A DNA stretch of 28,664 bases, from positions 1-28,664 of IMG/VR virus record IMGVR_UViG_3300032216_000291, one strand, 5' to 3'. The notes below the pieces were generated by a model. The model ran no database searches, was not told where the DNA came from, and was given only the letters and a program-made list of their open reading frames with translations. Numbering within the stretch: the stretch's first letter is position 1; every line of letters begins with the position of its first letter. The position numbers and the translations under genes are program-made. The stretch comes from a virus. Its lineage: Duplodnaviria; Caudoviricetes. Below are positions 6,984 through 16,540 of this stretch, piece by piece.

Positions 6984-9410
6984 ATGTCAATAGAAAAAAG
7001 TCTTTACCAAGCACCCCAAGGAATAGAAAGCCTTGATGCACCCGATATTGAGATTGAAATAGAAAACCCAGATGCGGTTCATCTTAGTATCGATGGAATG
7101 GAAATAGATATTGAACCAAATGCTGAAGAAGGCTTTGATGACAACCTAGCAGAATATTTAGATGATTCAACCATTCAATCTATTGTTGAAGAATTGATTG
7201 GAGACTATGACGATGACGTAGCATCCCGTAGAGATTGGATGCAGACTTATGTAGATGGTTTAGAACTTCTTGGCATGAAGATTGAAGACCGTACCGATCC
7301 TTGGGCTGGGGCATGCGGTGTATACCATCCTTTGCTATCAGAGGCGTTGGTCAAGTTCCAAGCAGAAACCATCATGGAAATTCTGCCACCTAGCGGTCCA
7401 GTTAAAACTGAAATCATAGGCAAAGAAACCCCAGAGAAAAAAGAAGCGGCAATGCGTGTCCAAAACGACATGAATTACCAAATATCTGATGTGATGATTG
7501 AATACCGTCCTGAGACAGAGCGTATGCTTTGGGGCTTGGGATTGGCAGGTAATGCGTTTAAAAAAGTTTACTACGATCCAAATCTAGAACGCCCTGCCGC
7601 CATATTTCTTCCCGCAGAAGATGTGGTTGTTCCCTATGGAGCATCCAATTTAGAAAGCGCTGAACGGGTAACGCACGTCATGCGTAAAACAGAAAATGAA
7701 ATCCGCAGATTGCAAGTTGCGGGTTTCTACCTAGATTGTGATTTGGGAGACCCCAACAACACAATGGATGAGGTTGAAAAAAAGATTGCAGAAAAAATGG
7801 GTTTCCGTGCAACGACAGATGATCGTTACAAGTTATTGGAAATGCATGTCAATTTGGATTTGGAGGGATATGAGCATAAAGGAAAAGATGGGGAGCCTAC
7901 TGGCATTGCATTACCATATGTGGTCACCATTGAAAAAGGTAGCAGGACTTGTTTATCCATTCGCAGAAACTGGGAAGAGGATGACAAGACTCACCAAAAA
8001 AGAACTCACTTTGTCCATTATGGATATGTGCCGGGATTTGGGTTCTATTGTTTTGGGCTTATCCATCTTGTGGGCGCTTTTGCTAAGTCTGGTACTTCTC
8101 TTATCAGGCAACTGGTCGATGCAGGTACATTGTCCAACCTCCCCGGTGGATTTAAGACTCGTGGGTTGCGAGTTAAAGGTGATGATACCCCGATAGCGCC
8201 AGCAGAATTCCGTGATGTAGACGTACCCAGCGGGACAATCAAAGACAACATAATGACTCTTCCCTACAAGGAACCAAGTCAAGTATTGATGTCTTTGCTT
8301 AATCAAATTGTAGAAGAAGGGCGTAGATTTGCTGGAGCGGCAGACATTCAAATATCAGACATGTCAGCCAATTCTCCAGTGGGTACAACTCTAGCCATCC
8401 TAGAGAGAACCATGAAAGTAATGAGTGCGGTACAAGCCCGTATCCATTACTCTCTTAAACAAGAATTGCGTCTTCTTAAAGATATTATTCGGGACTATAC
8501 GCCTGAAGAATATCCATATGACCCAGAGCAAGGCGATAGACAAGCCAAAAAGTCTGACTATGACATGGTGGATGTTATTCCAGTGTCTGACCCCAATGCC
8601 GCAACGCTTTCGCAAAAAGTTGTGCAGTATCAAGCAGTTATTCAACTTGCCCAGACTGCGCCTCAACTCTATGACTTAGCCTATTTGCACCGCCAGATGT
8701 TGGATGTATTGGGGATTAAAAATGCAGAGAAGTTGGTCAAATTGGATGATGATGTGCAACCTCTAGACCCTATCAGCGAAAACATGAATGCGGTCAAAGG
8801 CAAACCCATGAAGGCGTTTATCTATCAAGACCATGATGCCCACATTGCCGCACACCAAGCATTTATGACCGACCCCGTGGTAATGAAAACGTTGGGGCAA
8901 AATCCACAAGCAAATCAAATCATGGCGGCTCTTCAGGCTCATATGGCAGAACACTTGGGATACCAATACCGTTCACAAATTGAGAAACAAATGGGCGTTA
9001 CGATGCCAGAGCCAGACAAACCTTTACCCGCATCCGTGGAAGTGGAACTGTCTCGTTTGGTTGCAATGGCAAGCCAACAGTTGTTGGAAATCCACAAAGG
9101 ACAAGCGGCTCAACAAAAGGCTCAAGAACAAGAGCAAGACCCTCTTATCCAATTGCAAAAAGCAGATGTGCAAATCAAACAACAAGATGCTCAACGCAAA
9201 GTGGCAAAAGATCAAGCCGATATGCAAGCAAAGATGGCGCAACTCGACTTGGAGCGTATGCGTATTGAGCAACAAGGACAGTTAGCACAAATGAAACTTC
9301 ATGCCGAGGCAGAAAGCCATGCGCTAGAAGATCAACAACAAATGACTTTGGAAAAAATGCGGGCAAGTTTGGATGCCGCAAAAGAAAAATCAAGACTTAT
9401 TAACAAATGA
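6984..9410 (+). CDS. portal protein (P22-like, with a C-terminal Gln-rich coiled-coil barrel)
   Basis: 808 aa directly after TerL; GNAFKKVYYDP and GFYCFGLIHL blocks typical of podoviral portals; Q-rich helical C-terminus. Confidence 0.88.
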   Translation: MSIEKSLYQAPQGIESLDAPDIEIEIENPDAVHLSIDGMEIDIEPNAEEGFDDNLAEYLDDSTIQSIVEELIGDYDDDVASRRDWMQTYVDGLELLGMKIEDRTDPWAGACGVYHPLLSEALVKFQAETIMEILPPSGPVKTEIIGKETPEKKEAAMRVQNDMNYQISDVMIEYRPETERMLWGLGLAGNAFKKVYYDPNLERPAAIFLPAEDVVVPYGASNLESAERVTHVMRKTENEIRRLQVAGFYLDCDLGDPNNTMDEVEKKIAEKMGFRATTDDRYKLLEMHVNLDLEGYEHKGKDGEPTGIALPYVVTIEKGSRTCLSIRRNWEEDDKTHQKRTHFVHYGYVPGFGFYCFGLIHLVGAFAKSGTSLIRQLVDAGTLSNLPGGFKTRGLRVKGDDTPIAPAEFRDVDVPSGTIKDNIMTLPYKEPSQVLMSLLNQIVEEGRRFAGAADIQISDMSANSPVGTTLAILERTMKVMSAVQARIHYSLKQELRLLKDIIRDYTPEEYPYDPEQGDRQAKKSDYDMVDVIPVSDPNAATLSQKVVQYQAVIQLAQTAPQLYDLAYLHRQMLDVLGIKNAEKLVKLDDDVQPLDPISENMNAVKGKPMKAFIYQDHDAHIAAHQAFMTDPVVMKTLGQNPQANQIMAALQAHMAEHLGYQYRSQIEKQMGVTMPEPDKPLPASVEVELSRLVAMASQQLLEIHKGQAAQQKAQEQEQDPLIQLQKADVQIKQQDAQRKVAKDQADMQAKMAQLDLERMRIEQQGQLAQMKLHAEAESHALEDQQQMTLEKMRASLDAAKEKSRLINK

Positions 9411-9604
9411 ACGACAAAATTTTAAAACTTTTATCCGAAAAGATAAATGACAGAGTGGCACAACTTCAAGAAGCCTTGGGTAGCGGAAGCGCCAAGGACT
9501 ACGTGGAGTACAAAGCAATGGTCGGAGAGATAAAAGGTCTGCTCACTGCCCGTTTAAACATCCAAGACCTACAAAAAAACCTTGAGGAGTCCGATGACGA
9601 CTGA
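9407..9604 (+). CDS. small conserved head-module hypothetical protein
   Basis: ATGA overlap with the portal stop; helical, with a DYVEYKAMVGEIKGL motif. Confidence 0.7.
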   Translation: MNDKILKLLSEKINDRVAQLQEALGSGSAKDYVEYKAMVGEIKGLLTARLNIQDLQKNLEESDDD

Positions 9605-10016
9605 CATTTTACTGGCTACAAACCCAGACAACCCTGTGATTATTGGTTCAATCCACAAAACTGTTGAAGAAAAAGCAAAACAACTTCCAAAACCCAGCGG
9701 ATACCACATTCTTTGTGCTATTCCAGAGGCTGAAGAAGAGATGGACGGCTCTGAAATTGGTTTAATCAAAGCCAGAGAGACCATGCTTCACGAAGAAATG
9801 CTAACTACCGTCCTTTTTGTAGTGGATTTAGGTCCAGATTGCTACAAAGATGCCACCCGCTTCCCCTCTGGAGCATGGTGCAAAAAAGGCGACTTTGTCC
9901 TAGTACGTCCCAACTCAGGCTCACGTCTTGTCATTCATGGCAAAGACTTTCGCATGATCAATGACGACTCGGTTGAAGGTGTGGTAGACGATCCAAGAGG
10001 AATTAAACGCAAATAA
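9594..10016 (+). CDS. groES: GroES/Cpn10-like co-chaperonin
   Basis: ATG 9594 behind GAGGAG; LPKPSGYHIL...VVDLGPDCY...KKGDFVL...GKDFRMINDDSVEGVV follows the GroES pattern. Confidence 0.8.
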   Translation: MTTDILLATNPDNPVIIGSIHKTVEEKAKQLPKPSGYHILCAIPEAEEEMDGSEIGLIKARETMLHEEMLTTVLFVVDLGPDCYKDATRFPSGAWCKKGDFVLVRPNSGSRLVIHGKDFRMINDDSVEGVVDDPRGIKRK

Positions 10017-10027
10017 GGAGTTTAAAC

Positions 10028-10960
10028 ATGGCTGAATTTGAAAAACCCGGCTTTAAATTTCCAGATGAAGGGACGGAAGTCTTTTCTAAAGAAGATGAGC
10101 CAAAGGTCAATATTGAAATTGAAATAGAAGACGATAGACCTGAGAATGACAGGGTTGACCCCTTGCCAGAAAACGTAAAAGAAGAACTTTACGATGACGA
10201 ATTAACAGATTACTCTGCAAAAGTTAAGAAAAAACTTTTACAGATGAAGAAACTGGCTCACGATGAAAGACGTGAGAAAGAGCAGGCGTTTAGGGAGCAA
10301 CAAGAGGCTATCAGTCTGGCTCAAAGAGTGATTGAAGAGAACAAAAGACTCAAAAGTCACCTCAATGAGAATGAAAAAAGCATTTTGCAGACTGTTTCCA
10401 AGACCGTTGAGATGGAAATGGAACAAGCAAAGCGTTCATATCGAGAGGCTTATGAGTCTGGAGATACTGAAAGGATGCTTGAAGCGCAACAAAAACTTAC
10501 CGAAATCTCGTTTAAACAAGAAAAGGTTAAGAATTTTAAGCCAACCCCTTTACAAGTTGAAGAACCTGTAGTACAAACTAGGCAACAGGTGACAGCACCA
10601 CGTCCTGATCCAACTGCGGTAACTTGGCAACAAGACAATCCTTGGTTTGGTCAAGATAAAGTAATGACGGGCATGGCTTTGGCTTTGCACGAACAACTTA
10701 AAGATGAAGGCGTGGCGCTATCATCACAAGAGTATTACAGACGCATCAATGATACGATGCGACATCGGTTCCCAGAGAAATTTGAGAACGAAGAACAAAA
10801 CGAGTCTCCTCGTACAAGACCAAGCACAGTTGTAGCACCTGCAACTCGTAGCACATCACCCAAGAAAATTAGATTGACCCAATCACAAATGGCAATCTCT
10901 AAAAAACTTGGATTAACCCCTGAACAATATGCACAAGCCGTGCTAAAAATGGAGTCCTAA
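10028..10960 (+). CDS. putative capsid scaffolding protein
   Basis: Acidic N-terminus, long coiled coil, C-terminal LTQSQMAISKKLGLTPEQYA helix pair; lies between portal and MCP. Confidence 0.65.
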   Translation: MAEFEKPGFKFPDEGTEVFSKEDEPKVNIEIEIEDDRPENDRVDPLPENVKEELYDDELTDYSAKVKKKLLQMKKLAHDERREKEQAFREQQEAISLAQRVIEENKRLKSHLNENEKSILQTVSKTVEMEMEQAKRSYREAYESGDTERMLEAQQKLTEISFKQEKVKNFKPTPLQVEEPVVQTRQQVTAPRPDPTAVTWQQDNPWFGQDKVMTGMALALHEQLKDEGVALSSQEYYRRINDTMRHRFPEKFENEEQNESPRTRPSTVVAPATRSTSPKKIRLTQSQMAISKKLGLTPEQYAQAVLKMES

Positions 10961-10961
10961 T

Positions 10962-11411
10962 ATGACGACCAACAGAAAACCCCGTGAACTTGAAGACCGT
11001 GTATTGGCGGAGCGCCCCAAGCAGTGGATGCCCCCAGAACTTTTGCCAGAACCTGACAAAGAACCGGGCTACAAGTACAGATGGATTCGTGTTTCTCTTT
11101 TAAACAACGCTGACCCACGTAATATTTCCAAAGCAATGCGTGAAGGTTACGAGCCAGTGAAGATTGAAGAGCAACCAAAATTCAAACTGCTAATCGATCC
11201 CAATAGCCGCTTTAGCGGAAACATTGAGATTGGTGGGCTATTGCTTTGCAAGACTCCCGAAGAGTTTGTTGAACAACGTGCGAAATACTACGATGATTTA
11301 ACAAGACAACAGACGGAGGCTGTAGACAACAACCTCATGCGCCAAAGCGACCCAAGGATGCCGCTCTTTAAAGAGAGCAAATCTTCGGCAAGTTTTGGAA
11401 AAGGAACTTAA
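10962..11411 (+). CDS. conserved head-module hypothetical protein
   Basis: 149 aa ORF tightly packed in the operon; PGYKYRWIR...EGYEPV...GGLLLCK motifs. Confidence 0.7.
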   Translation: MTTNRKPRELEDRVLAERPKQWMPPELLPEPDKEPGYKYRWIRVSLLNNADPRNISKAMREGYEPVKIEEQPKFKLLIDPNSRFSGNIEIGGLLLCKTPEEFVEQRAKYYDDLTRQQTEAVDNNLMRQSDPRMPLFKESKSSASFGKGT

Positions 11412-11427
11412 ATTTAGGAGCATTTAA

Positions 11428-12255
11428 ATGGCTTATCCTGTCGTTTCAGCCCCCTACGGGCTTAAACCCATCAACTTGCTTGGTGGTCAGGTGTTTTCGG
11501 GTTCTACCCGTTCTCTACCTATCCAGTACGGTTACGCATCCAATATTTTCTATGGCGACATGGTTAACTTGGTACGTGGAACTATTGTTAAAAACACATC
11601 CACCACAGACTCAACTGCGGCTGGTTTGACTGGTGTTTTCTTGGGTTGTTCTTATACAAACCCATCAACAAAACAGAAGACGTTTTCTCAATATTGGCCC
11701 GCAAGCACCTTGGCTGGTGATGCAATGGCTATTGTTTGTGATGATCCTGATACTGTTTTTAAAGTAGTTATGTGTTCAGCAACTACTGTGATTGCTTCTG
11801 GAAGCATTGCTGTTGTGGGTCAAAACTTAGGTTTGATTCAGAACGCTGGTAATGTCAACACAGGTGATTCAGCCGTAGCCGCTCTTTATTCTTCAACTTT
11901 AACAACTAGCGGTTTTGGATTGCGTGTTGTTGACGTTGTTCGTGATACACAAGTAGCGTTGGGTACAGCGGTTTGGTCTTCAACGTCCACAGCCACTTTA
12001 ACCTTAACTTCATCTTCTGCTTCAGCATTGCCCCTAGGAACTGATGTCGCTTCGATTGCCGCTAACGGTCAATTGATTGGCTCTGGTTCTTTTGTTGCAA
12101 CTGCCGCCGCCGCTGGTGCTACCACCGTTGTGCTTAATACTGCGCCTCAAACAGCGTTTACAACAGCCGCAACACTTGTCTTCACCCAGTACCCCGAAGT
12201 GCTTGTCAAATTAAACTTTGGCGCACATCAGTACTACACAGCAACTGCTGTATAA
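11428..12255 (+). CDS. putative capsid decoration / minor head protein
   Basis: RBS AGGAG; beta-rich A/T/S/G composition; immediately upstream of the MCP. Confidence 0.6.
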   Translation: MAYPVVSAPYGLKPINLLGGQVFSGSTRSLPIQYGYASNIFYGDMVNLVRGTIVKNTSTTDSTAAGLTGVFLGCSYTNPSTKQKTFSQYWPASTLAGDAMAIVCDDPDTVFKVVMCSATTVIASGSIAVVGQNLGLIQNAGNVNTGDSAVAALYSSTLTTSGFGLRVVDVVRDTQVALGTAVWSSTSTATLTLTSSSASALPLGTDVASIAANGQLIGSGSFVATAAAAGATTVVLNTAPQTAFTTAATLVFTQYPEVLVKLNFGAHQYYTATAV

Positions 12256-12266
12256 GGAGCGTTTAA

Positions 12267-13178
12267 ATGGCTATTTCACGTGCACAACTATTAAAGGAAC
12301 TTCTTCCCGGTCTGAACGCATTGTTCGGTCTTGAGTACGCCCGTTATGGTGAGGAACATAAAGAGATTTATGAAACCGAAACTTCTGAGCGTTCTTTTGA
12401 AGAAGAAACAAAACTGTCAGGTTTCTCTGCCGCTCCTGTTAAAAACGAGGGTTCTGCCATCGCTTATGACAATGCACAGGAAGCATGGACTGCTCGCTAC
12501 AACCATGAGACTATCGCTCTTGGCTTCTCTTTGACTGAAGAAGCAATTGAAGATAACTTGTATGACTCATTGTCTGCTCGTTATACCAAGGGTCTAGCCC
12601 GTGCTATGGCTTACACCAAGCAGGTTAAAGCGGCGGCAGTTTTGAATAACGGCTTCTCTGGTCAGTACACTGGCGGTGATGGCGTTTCTCTTTTCTCTAC
12701 TGCTCACCCCTTGGTTTCTGGTGGTACTAATGCAAACACACCCACAACTCAGGCTGACTTGAACGAAACTTCGTTGGAAAACGCAGTTATCGCTATTGCT
12801 GGCTGGACTGATGAGCGTAGTTTGCTGATTGCCGCTAAACCCAAGAAGTTGATTGTTCCTCCTGCTCTCCAGTTCGTTGCAACTCGTTTGCTCGAAACTG
12901 AATTGCGTGTTGGTACTAACAACAACGACATCAATGCTATCAAGAACAACGGTTCGATTCCAGATGGTTACACAATTAACCACTTCTTGACCGACACCAA
13001 TGCTTGGTTCTTGACGACTGATGTGCCTAACGGTATGAAACATTTCGTTCGTACCCCATTGTCTAACAGCATGGATGGCGATTTCGATACTGGTAACGTC
13101 CGTTACAAGTCTAGAGAGCGTTATTCTTTTGGCTGGTCTGACCCATTGGGTATGTACGGTTCTTCTGGTTCGTACTAA
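12267..13178 (+). CDS. major capsid protein (Mu gpT-like family, HK97 fold)
   Basis: MAISRAQLLKELLPGLNALFG start; GDGVSLFSTAHP, PKKLIVPPAL and DFDTGNVRYKSRERYSFGWSDPLG motifs; followed by a terminator. Confidence 0.9.
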   Translation: MAISRAQLLKELLPGLNALFGLEYARYGEEHKEIYETETSERSFEEETKLSGFSAAPVKNEGSAIAYDNAQEAWTARYNHETIALGFSLTEEAIEDNLYDSLSARYTKGLARAMAYTKQVKAAAVLNNGFSGQYTGGDGVSLFSTAHPLVSGGTNANTPTTQADLNETSLENAVIAIAGWTDERSLLIAAKPKKLIVPPALQFVATRLLETELRVGTNNNDINAIKNNGSIPDGYTINHFLTDTNAWFLTTDVPNGMKHFVRTPLSNSMDGDFDTGNVRYKSRERYSFGWSDPLGMYGSSGSY

Positions 13179-13181
13179 AAT

Positions 13182-13216
13182 AAAGGGGGTTTAAACACCC
13201 CCTTTTTTCTTTTTTT
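13182..13216 (+). terminator. rho-independent terminator after the MCP gene
   Basis: AAAGGGGGT-TTAAAC-ACCCCCTTT followed by a long T tract. Confidence 0.85.
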
Positions 13217-13230
13217 GTTGTATATTTAAG

Positions 13231-13300
13231 CATCTGGGTGATTGACTCTATCGGACTGCCCCAGCAGACGATGCAACGATTGATAGAGTTACTTTTGCAT
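13231..13300 (+). ncRNA. structured RNA, probably the Mu-gpT-DE motif
   Basis: About 55 nt downstream of a gpT-like MCP. Stem 13243-13253/13281-13291, inner hairpin CTGC/GCAG, and two pseudoknot-type pairings: CTGGG 13234-13238 with CCCAG 13260-13264, and ATGCAA 13271-13276 with TTGCAT 13295-13300. The family assignment rests on recalled position, not on a covariance search. Confidence 0.65.
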
Positions 13301-13313
13301 AAGGACATTTTTC

Positions 13314-14033
13314 ATGGCACGTTCCACATTTGAAGGCCCGATTTTATCTGGCAACACTCGTTTTGGACCTCTTCGTAACGTTGGTTATTCTGACTTATCA
13401 CAAGAAACAAGCATTGTTTTAACAAACGTATCAAACGCAACTGCTGGTTATGGCGGTACTTCTGGTCAATTTGTTAATGGCAATCAAATACCCAATGTAA
13501 ACGCAGTTGTTTACACACCATCTTCAACAGCATCCCCACCTACAGCGGCAACAATTACCGCTGACTCTGTATCTACTACTACTGGTACTTTGTATCGTGG
13601 CGTAGTGTTCTATTTGCCTTATGGCTCAAGCCTTAATGATTTTTTGCTAGACACTAACGTGGCTATCACATTAGACAACGGAACTGTTGGTACTGTGACT
13701 GCAAAAATGGGGAATGCTTTTAATGCCACTACTTACGGTAGCGTTGCTTCCATGAATGCGGCAACAGGACGTAACACCATTGTTCAAACTGGTGCTCAAT
13801 TGTTGGCTGGTAATTCAACTTCTGGTGATATTACTCAGCCCGCACAAGGCAGTGGTTCATACGCTGGTTTGGCTTCCCAAGTCGTTGTAACTTTGACTAT
13901 TCCCTATACGGGAGGTGTAAGTGGTGTTTTGTCAGCAATTACGGCTGGAACATTTACATTCTGTTTGCGTTACACACAACTTGATGCCAATATTGGTACT
14001 AGCACAACTTACCCATACGGTAACTTTGATTAA
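13314..14033 (+). CDS. putative virion structural protein
   Basis: MARSTFEGPI start; T/G/S/A-rich beta composition; AAGGA RBS. Confidence 0.65.
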   Translation: MARSTFEGPILSGNTRFGPLRNVGYSDLSQETSIVLTNVSNATAGYGGTSGQFVNGNQIPNVNAVVYTPSSTASPPTAATITADSVSTTTGTLYRGVVFYLPYGSSLNDFLLDTNVAITLDNGTVGTVTAKMGNAFNATTYGSVASMNAATGRNTIVQTGAQLLAGNSTSGDITQPAQGSGSYAGLASQVVVTLTIPYTGGVSGVLSAITAGTFTFCLRYTQLDANIGTSTTYPYGNFD

Positions 14034-14038
14034 TTCTT

Positions 14039-14069
14039 AGCGGGGAGGTAACTCCCTGCTTTTACTTTT
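14039..14069 (+). terminator. rho-independent terminator
   Basis: AGCGGGGAG-GTAA-CTCCCTGCT followed by TTTACTTTT. Confidence 0.75.
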
Positions 14070-14080
14070 GGAGAATTAAT

Positions 14081-14569
14081 ATGATGCAAACAGACGTTAA
14101 ATCCACGCACATTATGCTGGGGACTTCTGGTTTAGTTTATGGTAGCCGCACTCGGTTAAAGGGTGCGGTTGTATCAAATACTCAATCTGGAACACCTGCT
14201 AATGTGGCTTTTGCCAATAATGTAAGTTTAAGTGGCACATATACCACTTCCACTACAACTTGTACGGTGACTGTATCTGCTGGGCATGGGCTTGTAACAG
14301 GCGCTAGAGTATTGCTGGTATTTACTTCTGGCGGAAATGCAACTGGGCCTTATACAGTAACTGTTACTAGCGCAACTGCTTTTACAGTAGCAGTGGCTAG
14401 TAGTAGCAACTCTGGCAACGTAAGCGTATACGCTACCATATTAATGGAAGTAGATATTACCAACAGCGTACCTGTAAATGTAATGATTCCCGGTGAAGGA
14501 ATTGTTGCAAACGATGGCATTTACTGCGGTGTTCCACAATATATTGCGGCAACGGTGTTCTATGGCTAG
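14081..14569 (+). CDS. putative virion structural protein
   Basis: GGAG RBS; MQTDVKS...RTRLKG...IPGEGI...DGIY frame containing an internal beta-barrel-like insert (TVTVSAGHGLVTG...YTVTVTSATAFTV). Confidence 0.65.
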   Translation: MMQTDVKSTHIMLGTSGLVYGSRTRLKGAVVSNTQSGTPANVAFANNVSLSGTYTTSTTTCTVTVSAGHGLVTGARVLLVFTSGGNATGPYTVTVTSATAFTVAVASSSNSGNVSVYATILMEVDITNSVPVNVMIPGEGIVANDGIYCGVPQYIAATVFYG

Positions 14570-14873
14570 TCCAGCATGGCAACGCAAAGAAGGTAAGAAC
14601 CCTAATGGCGGTTTAAACGCCAAGGGCAGAGCCTCTGCAAAGAAAGAGGGTCACAACTTAAAGCCTCCTCAACCAGAAGGTGGATCAAGGCGTGATTCTT
14701 TTTGTGCCCGTATGGAAGGCATGAAGAAAAAACTAACATCTTCAAAAACAGCAAACGATCCAGATTCTAGAATTAACAAAAGTCTTAGGGCTTGGAATTG
14801 CGCTGAAGGTGGATACATTAAATCTGCCGATGGAATTGCCATCAAAGGAAAAACCAAAGGGAGACTTTGTTAA
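14562..14873 (+). CDS. small basic conserved phage protein (DUF6321-like, recalled and unverified)
   Basis: Start re-called at ATG 14562: MASPAWQRKEGKNPNGGLNAKGRAS...RRDSFCARM...SRINKSLRAWNC. Confidence 0.7.
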   Translation: MASPAWQRKEGKNPNGGLNAKGRASAKKEGHNLKPPQPEGGSRRDSFCARMEGMKKKLTSSKTANDPDSRINKSLRAWNCAEGGYIKSADGIAIKGKTKGRLC

Positions 14874-15133
14874 TGGAAGCAGGTCTTATTTGGTCAGCAG
14901 TTTTATCTGTATTGATGGGAGTTTTTGGGTTTTTTGTAAAAGAAAAACTTAATGAAGTAAAAGATGTTGTCGAAGACATTAAACGTGTCGAGCGACTTCT
15001 AAACATTACCCGTGAGGAGGTAGCACGTGATTACGCAACTAATGCAGAAGTTCAAAGAATTACTGACCACATTGATCAACGCTTTAACAGGCTTGAAGCA
15101 AAAATTGACCAACTTATTCAAGCGGGAAAATGA
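14873..15133 (+). CDS. membrane-anchored coiled-coil protein (possible holin-like)
   Basis: ATG 14873 overlaps the previous TAA; one N-terminal TM helix followed by a heptad region ending RLEAKIDQL. Confidence 0.6.
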   Translation: MEAGLIWSAVLSVLMGVFGFFVKEKLNEVKDVVEDIKRVERLLNITREEVARDYATNAEVQRITDHIDQRFNRLEAKIDQLIQAGK

Positions 15134-15717
15134 TGCCAAGTAGTTCTGCAAAGCAACATAATTTCATGGAAGCAATTGCCCATAACAAGGCTTTTGCTAA
15201 AAAAGTTGGCGTACCTCAAACGGTGGGTCAAGATTTTGCAAAAGCCGATAAGGGCAAAACTTTTAAAAGGGGTGGGGAAATGAAAGACGCAGATTTAGCA
15301 CAAGACAAAAAAATGGTTAAACGGGCTATTGCTATGCATGACAAGCAAGAGCACAAAGGCGATCACACTGATCTTTCCAAACTGAAAAAAGGTGGCAATG
15401 TGAAAAAAATGGCAATGGGTGGACAACCCGATCCTCGTATGGCGGCAATGATGGCTAAGAAACGTGCTATGGCGGCAGGTCAAATGGGGCAACAAGCCCC
15501 AGCAATGGCTCGTCCAATGGCTCCTACTGGCGCTCCTGCTCCTACCATGCCTATGAAAAAGGGCGGTAAGGTCAAGAAGATGGCTTCTGGCGGCATGACT
15601 AGTATGGGTAAAGTTAAAACAAATTCCGGCAATATCAATGGCGTTGCAGAACGTGGTTTGACCAAAGGCAAAATGATTAAGATGGCTGGTGGTGGTTCTG
15701 GTAAAAAGTATTGCTAG
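15130..15717 (+). CDS. Lys/Met/Gly-rich basic protein
   Basis: 195 aa, low complexity, with six phi-[AK]-x-GG motifs. Confidence 0.7.
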   Translation: MMPSSSAKQHNFMEAIAHNKAFAKKVGVPQTVGQDFAKADKGKTFKRGGEMKDADLAQDKKMVKRAIAMHDKQEHKGDHTDLSKLKKGGNVKKMAMGGQPDPRMAAMMAKKRAMAAGQMGQQAPAMARPMAPTGAPAPTMPMKKGGKVKKMASGGMTSMGKVKTNSGNINGVAERGLTKGKMIKMAGGGSGKKYC

Positions 15718-15726
15718 GAGATTGCT

Positions 15727-16038
15727 ATGAGTGAAGCGCAAACCAATGCTGACGTAAAAAAGGTAAAAGATTATCTTTACTATGGCAAAGAACAAACCGT
15801 AGGTAAAGACAATCCTTTTAGCCGTTTTCGTGATGAAAGTGGCAGGATGGCAAGGGATAGGCTAGAAAGCCGTGGCGTTGATACCGACAGTTTAATTACT
15901 GGTAAAGCCAGCGCCAACGAAGGTTACAAAAAAGGTGGCATGACCGCTTCTAAACGGGCAGATGGTATAGCCCAACGGGGTAAGACCCGTGGGACTATTA
16001 TTGCTTGTGAAGGCGGTTACATGAAAGGCAAAAAGTGA
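15727..16038 (+). CDS. small basic hypothetical protein
   Basis: AGGAG RBS; YKKGG and ADGIAQRGKTRG motifs. Confidence 0.7.
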   Translation: MSEAQTNADVKKVKDYLYYGKEQTVGKDNPFSRFRDESGRMARDRLESRGVDTDSLITGKASANEGYKKGGMTASKRADGIAQRGKTRGTIIACEGGYMKGKK

Positions 16039-16310
16039 GAGCATCACGTGGCATGGGTGACATCAACCCGTCCAAAATGCCCAAGGGTAAAAAAGAAGCC
16101 CGAAGGGATGACACTGACTTTACGCAATATGCTAAAGGCGGTACTGTTAATGCGGCTGGGAATTACACAAAACCAAGTTTGCGTAAGCGGATTGTTTCTC
16201 AAGTGAAATCCGCCGCTACACAGGGGACAGGCGCAGGTCAATGGTCAGCACGTAAAGCACAACTTGTAGCCAAGAAGTACAAAGCGGCAGGTGGGGGTTA
16301 TAGAGATTGA
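16035..16310 (+). CDS. small basic hypothetical protein
   Basis: GTGA overlap; NYTKPSLRKRI...GQWSARKAQLVAKKYKAAGGGY. Confidence 0.7.
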   Translation: MRASRGMGDINPSKMPKGKKEARRDDTDFTQYAKGGTVNAAGNYTKPSLRKRIVSQVKSAATQGTGAGQWSARKAQLVAKKYKAAGGGYRD

Positions 16311-16540
16311 AAGCGCCACAGGAATCCCTTAAAAATTGGGGTGACCAGAAATGGCGTACCAAGTCGGGGAAGCCTTCGTCAAAAACTGGAGAAAGGTATC
16401 TTCCAGAGGCGGCAATTAAGTCTTTAAGTCCTGCTGAGTATGCCGCAACGACAAAAGCAAAACGAGAAGGTAAAGCCAAAGGTAAACAGTTTGTAGCCCA
16501 ACCCAAAAACATAGCAAAGAAAACAGCAGGTTTTAGATAA
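16307..16540 (+). CDS. small basic conserved phage protein (DUF5872-like, recalled and unverified)
   Basis: TTG start overlapping the previous stop; QESLKNWGDQKWRTKSGK...GERYLP. Confidence 0.65.
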   Translation: MKAPQESLKNWGDQKWRTKSGKPSSKTGERYLPEAAIKSLSPAEYAATTKAKREGKAKGKQFVAQPKNIAKKTAGFR

